This document shows positions 52,872 to 64,000 of a stretch of 64,000 bases of DNA, piece by piece (the first letter of the stretch is position 1; each line of letters begins with the position of its first letter). Source of the stretch: Octopus vulgaris (Eukaryota); assembly GCA_951406725.2 (NCBI GenBank), contig OX597826.1, positions 13,268,001 to 13,332,000 on the forward strand. Reading direction: 5' to 3'. Below the pieces are notes generated by a model that worked only from the letters and a program-made list of their open reading frames with translations, was not told the origin of the DNA and did not search any database. The translations under genes and the position numbers were made by a program.

Positions 52872-52909
52872 TCTTTCTGTCGAAGAGCGTAGGCTCGAAA
52901 CGTAAAAGA
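52872..52909 (+). ncRNA. Hammerhead-like motif (variant core) in a probable PLE pLTR remnant
   Basis: TCTTT-CTGTCGA-A-GAGC(gtag)GCTC-GAAA-CG-TA^AAAGA; A6 is replaced by U. Confidence 0.5.
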
Positions 52910-53647
52910 CTTTTTCTATTCCTGAGCGTTATACTAATACATCTGTTTGTTTTGTACACCACCTGTCTTCGTCTTTTGCGTTTTTCGTAAACTCCCCCTA
53001 GATATTATCGTTGCTGCGAACGACAGAAAAGGTTTTTACATCAGAACAATGGTTCAAAAATTGCTATGAGACAGGGGCACCAGTGAATTATCTAGCACAC
53101 ACGACAAATATATGTCCCATTGCGTGTTTCGTTTAGCTGTATCATAGCAGACACAATCATCATCGTAGCCGTCATCATGGCCGTCATCAATTTGCCTTGA
53201 TGCTTGGGCTAAGCGCGTGCCTGCTGGCTAGTGGCTAAAAAGCGTAAAATATATAGCTGATGCCATCAGGAAAAATGCGTGTCAAAGATGAAATTGTTTA
53301 ATGAGACGTTATGAATAAAAGAGTGAACCACATTTCTGTCGTTCTTTTTGATTCGGGTACAGTTTATTCAGGTTAAATTCCTTGGAGTTCTGCGGATGTC
53401 AACTACTGTTGCTACACGCTAAAACTCGCTAAATGTGTAGCTGGTGTCCTTATCAGAAAAAAAAACTCACCACAAAGACTAAATTCTTTCATGAGATCAC
53501 GTTTCACCGAGATATCTGAGTGGTCAGTTTTTTACTGACGTCATCACTAATTGAGGATATTGCGTTCGTGCTTGTTTGGTTGATTTTGCATCGGATACAG
53601 TAATCCGCGTTCGATTTCCGGGTGTTTTGTGGCTATCAGATATTCTT

Positions 53648-53715
<68 letters not shown>

Positions 53716-53873
53716 TGCACGCACATATATATATATATAAGACGCACAGACACTCATGCTCCCGAGGCATTGGTTAGCCACGCAATGGAACTGAACCCAA
53801 AAACCATGTGTTTGCAAAGTGAGTAACTTAACCCCACAGCCATAACTGCGCCTAAAGTGCGCGCGCGCGTACG

Positions 53874-53935
<62 letters not shown>

Positions 53936-53937
53936 CA

Positions 53938-54041
<104 letters not shown>

Positions 54042-54043
54042 CA

Positions 54044-54165
<122 letters not shown>

Positions 54166-54182
54166 TATTGATAGATAGATAA

Positions 54183-54214
<32 letters not shown>

Positions 54215-54740
54215 GCAGACAGGCAGATAAAAGCTTGTGCGTGTCTGTATGCACTGACAGCGAATGTCATGACGTCATAGGAACTTGTTGAGTGTGATGA
54301 TGGCGGAGGTAATGAAGTCCTTGTTGAATGCTTTTTTCTTTTTCCCCTGGATGCTTGCGGTACTCGTGCAGTTGCAGTATCTATTTATGTTGTTCTGTTT
54401 GGCCATTATGTACCTTTTTTTTTCTTGCTAGTCACTGTGCCATATTATGTCTACAGAACAAAGTACGAATGAGCTCTGCTGTCAGTCTGCGATGGCGGTG
54501 GTTGGTGGTCGACAAACGGTGTGGTTGATGCTGGTAGAGTTGGTAATGTATCAAATGATGAAGCTTGCGGTACGGTATGGCCTACATGCTTATTGTTGCG
54601 GCTGTCGCACCAGCATGTGTGTTTATGTGTTCATTGTGTGTGTGAGTGTGTGTGTTTATGTGTGTGTGAGTGTGTGTGTGTTTATGTGTGTTTGTGTGTG
54701 TGTGTTTATGTGTGTTTGTGTGTCTGACACAAGGATGGAA

Positions 54741-54781
<41 letters not shown>

Positions 54782-55624
54782 TGTGAGTATATGCGTATAC
54801 ATGCATACTTACATACATCCATCCATCCATACATATACAAATACATACATACATACATACATACATGCATGCATGCGTGCATATATACATACATACACAC
54901 ACATAGATTCATACATACATACATGCATACACACACACATACATACATACATACATACATACATACACACATAGATTCATACATACATACATGCATACAC
55001 ACACACATACATACATATATCCATCCATATATACACACATACATGCATACATACATACACACATACATACATGCATGCATGCATGCATGCATGCATACAT
55101 ACAAACATACATACATACATACATATATACATGCATGCATGCGTGCATATATACATACATACACACACATACATACACACATAGATACACATACATACAT
55201 AGATACATACATTCATACATACATACATAAATGTGTTTATGTAAGTATGCACGTACGCATGTATGCAAGCAAGTATGTATACACATACGTGTGTATATAA
55301 TGTACGTATCATGTATCAATATTTGTGTCCTGTTTTCATTTTTTTTTTTGTTTTTTGTCTTTTAAACTTTTCTGTTTTCAAAACCGAATGAAAGTGAGAG
55401 AGAAAGCGAACTGAAACCTATCCGCGTCCCCTGCACCAACACCGGCTCCATGCCTCCCCTCTGTTGCTGCTGCCTCCTTCAGCGCTGAGGGCTTCAAGAC
55501 GGCTTTTACATGTGTGGGGGGGAAATAGAGACAGCGAATGGCAGCCGAGAGTATTGAGTGACACCGAAACCCGCCTAACCCCTACCCCTTTACCTCTTTA
55601 TTCCCACTGCACAGCTTTCTTTTC

Positions 55625-55640
55625 GAGTCCTCTCCCTTCT

Positions 55641-55681
<41 letters not shown>

Positions 55682-55842
55682 CCTCCTCTCTGTTCTAGCT
55701 GTCTGTCTTTGTCTCTGTTCTAGCTCTCTCTGTCTCTCTCCCTCTCTGTTCTAGCTCTCTCTGTCTCTCTCCCTCTCTGTTCTAGCTGTCTGTCTCTATA
55801 CTAGCTCTCACTTTCTCACTCTCTCTGTCACTGTTCTAGCTT

Positions 55843-55878
<36 letters not shown>

Positions 55879-55936
55879 ACTCTCTCTGTCACTGTTCTAG
55901 CTTTCTTTCTCTCTCTCTCTGTTACTGTTCTAGCTT

Positions 55937-55985
<49 letters not shown>

Positions 55986-56235
55986 GTTACTGTTCTAGCT
56001 TTCTATCTCTCTCTCTCTCCCTCTCTCTCTGTCACTTTCTAGCTTTCTATCTCTCTCTCTCTCCCTCTCTCTCCCTGTTCCAGCTTTCTCTCTACTCTAG
56101 CTCTCTCTCTCTCTCCTGCTCTCTCTCTTCTAGCTCACTCACTTTCTTCCTCCTCCTCTTCACTCTCTCTCTCTCTGTCTCTCTCTATCCCTCCACCTCC
56201 GCCCTTCACTCACCTTCTCTCTCTCTCTCTATTCC
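55625..56235. repeat. CT-rich minisatellite punctuated by GTTCTAGCT
   Basis: The (G)TTCTAGCT anchor recurs more than ten times between (CT)n runs. Confidence 0.9.
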
Positions 56236-56451
56236 CCCTAATCTTTTCAATTCGGTAACCGTTACTGCAATCCTCTCCCACATCGAAAAAAAAAAACATA
56301 AACAAAAAACATATCAAAAAGTAAAGCAAATAAAACGGTAAGAAAAGAAGAATAAAAATAAAAAATAAAAAAAGCGCAAGACGGTGCGAGTCGACTAAGA
56401 TTTGTGCCAGCTGTGACTACTGGTGATAGCTTGCATCGTCCTGTGCTCCAT

Positions 56452-56459
56452 GCAGCAGC

Positions 56460-56556
<97 letters not shown>

Positions 56557-56718
56557 ATGGTGGTAGTGGTAGTAGTAATAGTAGTAGTGGTGGTGGTGGT
56601 GGTGGTGGTCGTCGTCGTCGTGGTAGGAGCATCAGGTCCTTTACGCAGTGTAAGTAGTAATAGTCAAGAGAAAGAGAATAACGATGATGATGATGATGAT
56701 GAAGACGATGATGATGAC

Positions 56719-56786
<68 letters not shown>

Positions 56787-56791
56787 CGACA

Positions 56792-56870
<79 letters not shown>

Positions 56871-56935
56871 CGACGACGACGATGATGATGACGACGACGA
56901 TGACAACAACGATGATGATAACGATGATGAGGATG
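56452..56935. repeat. (GTA)n and (GAT)n trinucleotide tracts
   Basis: Direct inspection; source of the poly-V/D/H ORFs. Confidence 0.95.
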
Positions 56936-57234
56936 AGAGTAGGAGAGAAGGAGAAGGGCTCGCAAGAGCAAAAGGGAAAAAAACCATGAAATCTGTGGAT
57001 ATGTAGAAGTACTGAAAGCAAAATTGTAGACTAGAATAAAACAACAACAGCAACAGCAACAGCAACAGCAACGACAAGAACAACAACATCTAATATAGAC
57101 ACACCATCACTCTTCGACGAGACAGTTCATTATTACGAAAAACGGACAAAACCTTTTGTGACCTTTCGTCCTGTTTTGTCCCTTTATGTTTTCTAATCAT
57201 GTTTGTCAGCCCTTGTGGCCAATAAAAAGAATCG

Positions 57235-57378
<144 letters not shown>

Positions 57379-57392
57379 GTTATTATTATTAT

Positions 57393-57705
57393 TGAGTGAG
57401 AGAGCAACGCATGCCATCAAAGTGATACTGGGGTAAGATATCCGAAGCCCAATATGCCCATCACGACTACCCCGGCCGACAAGAATACACCAGGCACATG
57501 CCTCACAACCATATGTGCGCGACATGGTGTTCTCATTTCAAGATAAACAGCGTATGACCTTGCAAGTGGGGGCCTAGTTAGAATTTTCTTCATGTTGAAT
57601 AACCCATCCTGCTCAAAAGGTCCCCGAATAAGAGTTGTTTAAGAATGTTGAACAAAACACCCTTGTTTCCGGAGGTGAATTTCTCTCAACACATGATTAT
57701 GATTT
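57393..57705 (-). mobile_element. Element F, 5'-truncated, 3' end in long (AAT)n
   Basis: Antisense to ~1230-1559. Confidence 0.85.
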
Positions 57706-57709
57706 CCAG

Positions 57710-60414
57710 TTGCCTTGAGAAGTCTTGAAGTTTCAATGGGATTGAGCCCAACGCTCAGATCACCACTGGTATCCCTTTTACATTATCCTCTCGCATTCCA
57801 CACAGTTTTGCCTGTTCCACTTTCAATTCGTACAACTTGGCGAATTTTTCAACTTCTTTACTCACAACATTCATGTCATTTGGTATGGCTACATGAATGA
57901 TCTGACAGTATTTGTCTCCCTTATTCAATATGAAAATATCCTGGTGTTCGATTACACGATCTGTCAGAAAATTATAGTCCCAGAGTATCGTTACTTTTCC
58001 ATACATGCTCATACCTGTTCTCTGTTACTTCATATTCGTATTTCCGGCATAACAGCCAATGAAAATACACACACACTTTATCGTGGCGGCGCTATTTTCT
58101 TTTTGTGCAAGGCTCTCACATCCATTTACCAAGTGGGTCACATTTTCCCCACACTCTTTCCACAGAGTCTGCATTTCTGGGTGTCAGAAGTTTTATAGAT
58201 GCCATACTTCACTGAATTGGTAGCGAGAAGCTGGTCCTGTGAAGCAATGATCAGGCTTTCGGTGGTACGCTTCAAATCACCTCGCTCAATCCCTGCCCAC
58301 GATGCTGTATTGTCCTTAACGTCCAGTGTATTCCTTTCAAACTGTCAATGCATTCTCATTTCAAGGTCTTCTTTTCTCTTCTCCTCAGCTCTTTGGTTAA
58401 ACTCTTCCTTGACCATCATTTCATCTGCATTTACACCCATATCGTTCGCGGCATATTGCAACAGGTCTTCATCACTATCTATCAAATACTCAGCAAGCGT
58501 TCTCCTTTCACTTCTTATACAATGGTCTATACTAATTAGTACTCTGCTGCAATTCTTTCTTTTCATATACATTCTGTTTACGTTGGCTTTAGGGTGTAGC
58601 GCTCCTTGCAGCGTCATCAACTTTCTCGTCCTCCTAACAAGTGTTGATATTTCCTCCTTAGTCCATTTGAGGATGGACGCACTATATCTGGCCCCTGCAA
58701 ATGTCCAGATATTCATTGCGGTAAACAAATTTTTGGCATTCAGGCCGGATTTCAACACCATCTTCATTTTTTGATGCGCCTCGCTGACCTTGACTTTCAT
58801 TTCTCTGTGTAGAATATAATCCCGCTCCAAAATCCCTAAATATCTATACCCACTACAATCAGGTTTACCCTTGGTCTCTCCTGATGGTAACTGCAAATCT
58901 CTGCAGGATGCTTTCTTCCCTCTTTTCAAATCCAAAATTCCATACCGATGTTCCTACCACACTTCTGGACTGTTTTGGTTAAGCCTATCTGTTTTTCAGA
59001 TTTCCCAAAACAAGTTCAGGTCCATAAACAGAAAATGGTTCAGTGATTGGCCTTTCTTCTCAGATCGGTAACCCATCTTAACTTGCCTAAGTATCATTGT
59101 TAAGGGTACTAGTGAAATTACATTAATGCAATTACAAATAGTAACGGAGAAAACGAGTCCCCGACTCGATGAATGCTCCAGAAGAAAAAAAATCCCCATG
59201 AATATGAGAAAGGTAGATAGGAGCATGATAAATAAAGTAACACAAAAGAAAAATACTGTCATATCATACATCCAGACGGAGGACATAACACAAACAAGGA
59301 ATCCTCTCCGAGCTGTTGCGCTACTTGTTGAAGAGAAATTACAACTTAAGAGAACAAAAAATGGTGGAGCAAAAGAACCATGGTGGAAATGACGCATTGA
59401 AAGGGACATAATGCGGGTAAGGCAAGATCTAGGGGAAATGGTTAAGAAGAAACTGGGAAAATGGGAGAAAGAACGACCGAGGGAAGAAATATGAAATACG
59501 GAAGAACGGGTTTGATGCAGTAATAGAGCAGTTAAAACAGAGGATCTTAGCAAAAAGCCAGAAGACCAGAAGATTTGTGAACAGAAATAAGCAGTTCGAA
59601 GAGAACGGATTGTTTAAAAATAACCTGAAGAAATTCTTCCGAACGTTAGGAGACGATGGGGAAAATGTTGCGCCTGTTGCAAATCAAGCCAAGGAGTTCT
59701 GTATAAAAGGGATGCAATGTGGATAGGAACTATCAAGACAGAATTACAGGGAGGAAAGAAACAAAGGAATATTGTCATAAGCACGGGTGATGAGAAAGAA
59801 CAAGTGGGTAAAGTGCCTAACTGGAAAGCCTCCGGACTAGATGGGATTCATGGTTTCTGGCTGCAGAGATGCCACGCAGTGCATGAAAGACTAGTAGCCT
59901 AATTGAATGAATGTGTCCAGAAAGGTACAGACCCCGCGTGGATGGTGACTGGGAGGACAACACTTATAATGAAAGATAGAAGAAAGGGGAATATTGTGGG
60001 AATCTACCGTCCTGCCTAAGCATGATCTGGGAGATACCATCTGGAATATGTGCGGCAAAGATATACACTTTCCTGGAACAGGAAGAAATACTACCAAGGG
60101 AACAAAAAGGATGTAGGAAGAGTTCTCAGGATACAAAGAATCACCTGGTCATCGATAAAACAGTTTTGAGGCATTGTAAAAAACATCTTACAAACATGTC
60201 TATGGCTTAAACTAACTTTAAGAAGGCATATGATATGATGCCTCATTCTTGGATGCCTGCAGATGTTTGATGGGCTGACAATATCACAAATTCTCTGATG
60301 CATAGCATGAAAGATTGGAAAACCAAATTGTACTCAATGTATTCCTTGGAAAAGTTAATATTAAAAGGGGAATCTTCCAAGGTGACTCATTTTCTCCGTT
60401 ACTATTTGCAATTG
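57710..60414 (-). mobile_element. R4/Dong-clade LINE with inverted 5' segment
   Basis: 57710-59159 (-): NHFLFMD, YRYLG, GALHPKA, ILWD..RLE. 59160-60414 (+): KEPWWK, PNWKASGLDGIHGFW, EQKGC..LVIDK, KKAYD, IFQGDSFSP. Confidence 0.9.
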
Positions 60415-60455
60415 AATTATTATTATTGTTCTTGTTGTTGTTATTGTTGTTGTTT

Positions 60456-61012
60456 TGAGTGACAGAGCAGTGCATGCCATTAAAGTAACACTGTGGTACA
60501 AATATACGAAGTTCAGTAAGCCCATCATGACAACCCATCCGATAAGGGCACACCAGGCACAAGCACCACAATCATAGGTGCGTGACATGATGATCTTATT
60601 TCAAGATGAACAGCGCATGACCTTGCAGGTGGGGCTCAGTTTGAATTTTCTTCAGGTCGAGTAGTCCTTCCCACTCAAAACATACCTGAATAAGGTTTGT
60701 CTAAAGATGATGAACGAAACAGGCATGTTTCCAGGGGTGAATTATTCAAACCCCAAAGAATTCCTCTCAACACATGGTTGTGCTGCTTCCTCACTACTTC
60801 TGCTCTTGATCAGAGATGCAAATATTGTCAGGCCCCAAGGGATAAGCTCAACTGGTTAAGGTCAAACAACAGAAAGCAAATTTGTGGTATTGAGCAGAAT
60901 ATTTGCTGTAGCCCACGTTTTATACTAAGAAAGGACAATGTACACGATAACACATCCAATCAGTTAAGATCAGAAGCCATGAGAGCCACTGCCTGGTACT
61001 GCATCAGAGCGT
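60456..61012 (-). mobile_element. Element F, full length
   Basis: Antisense to 1003-1559, lying between AAC/AAT tracts. Confidence 0.88.
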
Positions 61013-61026
61013 TTGTTGTTGTTGTT

Positions 61027-61827
61027 TTACATTTTGGAGCGCTTGGTCTTGTTTGCTCTGGTAGATTCTGTGAGAGAGGACAGCAGCCTGCGTCAGAGGT
61101 CTCTCGGGGTCTCTTACCGTACATTATAAGCTTTGATACTTGGTTGTTAATTATTGTGGGAGATATTCAGCATCCAAGTACCAATCTCAAAATCCTAGCT
61201 GTCCCCAGCAGTGCAGTTTTTGGGGCTTCCTCTGCTCTCATGTCAATTCCGATTTCTCTGACATATTTTTCGAACTTGGTTATTAGTGTTCCTACAACTA
61301 CTGGAATGACAGACACTCTCCTCATAGTCCACATTCTTGCAACTTCGTCTTCTAGTAGTCTGTACTTCTCAATCTTTTCTAGTTCTTTGTCACTTATGCT
61401 TGCATCTCCAAGTATTGCCATATCTATAATCTTGATTTCCTTTTTTCCTTTGTCTACCACAACAGCATCTGGTCTCCGAGCATCGATTAGGGTGTCACAA
61501 CGGATTGCAACATTCCACAGTATCTTATAATCTTTGTTCTCGGTGACTCCTTCTGGTTCAGATTCGCACCATTTCCGTGCTCTGTCCAGGCCATACTTTT
61601 CACATAGTGGACACACTTATCCACATTATCGTGCCTTGCTTTGTACTGCTTTTGGTCCAGCTTGCTACACTCACTAACAATATGCGAGATTCTTTCACTT
61701 TTGCTGTCACACATCCTACAAAGGGGCGATTCGCTGCTCTTTATCTATTTGGAAATTGGTGTAATTAGTTCTCAGAGCTTGTTCCTGGGCACTGCATATC
61801 AATGCCTCAGTGCATCCTTTCAGATCA
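61027..61827 (-). mobile_element. R4/Dong-clade LINE 3' fragment (CCHC zinc knuckle, RLE, 3'UTR)
   Basis: AQEQALRT, CRMC..ERISHIVSEC..YKARHD, KILWN..RRPDAVVVDK..IIDMA..KIEKY, KTALLGTARILR; tail (AAC)n. Confidence 0.92.
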
Positions 61828-61891
<64 letters not shown>

Positions 61892-61893
<2 letters not shown>

Positions 61894-62584
61894 GAGTGAG
61901 AGAGCAACGCATGCCATCAAAGTGGCACTGGGGTAAAAATATACGAAGCCCAGTATACCCATCATGACTACCCGTCTAACAAGCGTACACCAGGCACATG
62001 CGTCACAACCATATGTGCGCAACATGGTGATCTCATATCCAGATAAATAGCGCATGGCCCATCAAGGTGACACTGGGGTAAAATATACGAATCCCAGTAT
62101 ACCCATCATGACTACTCATCTGATAAAGGTACTCCAGGAACATGCATCACAACCTTATGTGCGCAACATAGTGATCTCATATCAAGATAAACAGCGAATG
62201 ACCTTGCAGGTGGGTTCCAGTTAGAATTTTCTTTAGGTCAAGTAGCCCATCCCGCTCAAAAGGTCCCCGAATAAGGGTTGTTTAAAGATAATGAGCGAAA
62301 CACCCATATTTCCAGGGGTGAATTATTCAAATCCCAAATAATTTCTCTCAACACATGACTATGATGCTCCACCACTACTCCTGATCAGAGTTGCACATAT
62401 CGTCAACCACTTAGAGACATGCTCAACTGGTTAAGGTCAAGCAACTGACAAGCAAATCTGTGATACTGAGCAGAATATTTGTTGTAGCCCATCTTTTATA
62501 CGAAGACAAATCAATGTACATGATAACACCTCCACTGAGGTCAGAAGCCACGAGAGCCACTGCCTGGTACTGCATCAGGGCATT
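61892..62584 (-). mobile_element. Element F, full length with ~140-bp duplicated 3' segment
   Basis: CCATCAA..CACTGGGGTAAAATATACGAA block at ~61914 and ~62059. Confidence 0.88.
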
Positions 62585-62628
62585 TATTGTTATTATGCTT
62601 ATGATTATTATAAAGTTGTAGTACTATA

Positions 62629-62684
<56 letters not shown>

Positions 62685-62691
62685 CAGTAGC

Positions 62692-62726
<35 letters not shown>

Positions 62727-63529
62727 CAGCAGCAGCAGTAGCAGCTGCAGTATAGAAGTGGATAGTCATATGCTACCTTATTTTTGTTGCTGTTGTGCTG
62801 ATGTTGTTGTTGCTGTTGTTGTTGTTGTTGTTGTTAAGCAACAAGACGAGTAATGGTGATTAGGTGATGGTCTAGGGCTTAGGGGCGGGAGACCCCAGAC
62901 CTTGATGGGGTGGGAATAAAAAACTTTGGTCGTCTTGTTCGAACTTTGGTCGAGGGCTCTTCGTTGACGCCCGACACCACTGGGAGGTGGTCCTCGAAGT
63001 CGCTGGAAATGGAGATCTCCAGGTCCAAATTCGTGAACGACTGCTGCTGCCGCTGCTTCTGATGATGATGATGATGTGGAGGAGGAGGAGGAAGGAGAGG
63101 AGGAGGTCCGAATCTATGCCTTTTCTGACCTAGTAGATCATATGGTCAAAAGCGTGGCAGCCATGATCACCTTATCTTTTGTCAAATACAGAATATATCG
63201 TGGAGCGATTCCTCCAAGATCGCTCGACAATGTTTAGTTAAAATAAAAATATGTAACTGAATAAATAAACTTGTTGTTTGAGACGATCGAGGAAATCTGA
63301 GAAGTAAAACTGGTGGTCAGTTAAATTCCGTGACGTTGTTATCTGTTCTTTGTTAAATCCACTTAACATCATCTACATTCGTTATTAAAGTAGAAAGAGC
63401 ACTTATGTGACCACACGACTTACTAGAAATACCAGCTCAATTTCTCTGAAAATGCTCAAAATACTTCCAAAGACACATCGGATAACATAATTCTAGATTA
63501 TGTTATGTAAACAAAAAATACTGCTTTCA

Positions 63530-64000
63530 AATTTTTCACACAAAGCCAGCAATTTCAGGGAGGGGATAAGTCGATTACATCGACCCAGGAACTCAACTGG
63601 TACTTATTCTTATTTCTTTATTACCCACAAGGGGCTAAGCATAGTGGGGACAAACAAGGACAGACAAAGGGATTAAGTCGATTACATCGACCCCAGTGCG
63701 TGACTGGTACTTAATTTATCGACCCCGAAAGGATGAAAGGCAATGTCGACCTCGGCGGAATTTGAACTCAGAACATAACGGCAGACGAAATGCCTATTTC
63801 TTTACTACCCACAAGGGGCTAAACACAGAGAGGACAAACAAGGACAGACATAGGGATTAAGTCGATTATATCGACCCCAGTGCGTAACTGGTACTTATTT
63901 AATCGACCCCGAAAGGATGAAAGACAAAGTTGGCCTCGGCGGGATTTGAACTCAGAACGTAGCGGCAGACGAAATACGGCTACGCATTTCGCCCGGCGTG
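63530..64000 (-). mobile_element. SINE family A tandem bodies, running off the window end
   Basis: Two consecutive bodies joined at GAAATGC|CTATTTC (~63793), inside an older copy. Confidence 0.9.

Noticed and set aside
55680-56135. CRISPR-like repeat/spacer pattern
   Set aside because: Spacers are CT runs of variable length; eukaryotic context with no cas genes.
56404-57006. 200-aa poly-V/poly-D ORF resembling a membrane-anchored acidic protein
   Set aside because: Made of pure GTA and GAT tracts, GTG start, no splice or domain support.
60697-61530. 277-aa plus-strand ORF
   Set aside because: Antisense shadow of element F and the Dong RLE fragment.

Overview
Eukaryotic, AT-rich, repeat-saturated window with no supportable host gene. 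The SINE families and the CA/TA/AGAT/AAT microsatellite load look like a coleoid cephalopod (Octopus) intron or intergenic region; this is inferred from repeat content only. Nearly all long ORFs in the track are microsatellite artefacts. Real content: several tRNA-derived SINE families, decayed R4/Dong-clade LINEs (RT + CCHC + RLE) piled in AAT tracts with a ~560-bp non-coding AAT-targeting partner, an RTE 3' end, a full-length DD41D (rosa-type) Tc1/mariner, mariner remnants, hAT- and Merlin-like MITEs and a non-autonomous Helitron. The most notable region is 42.4-46.4 kb. It holds a 362-nt direct-repeat-bounded unit with a type I hammerhead ribozyme on a long stem I (retrozyme-like). Next to it is a ~1.73-kb near-perfect palindrome made of two head-to-head Penelope-like GIY-YIG 3' ends, each carrying a minimal U3-A8 hammerhead. 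A Dong-like LINE at 57.7-60.4 kb shows a twin-priming-type 5' inversion.
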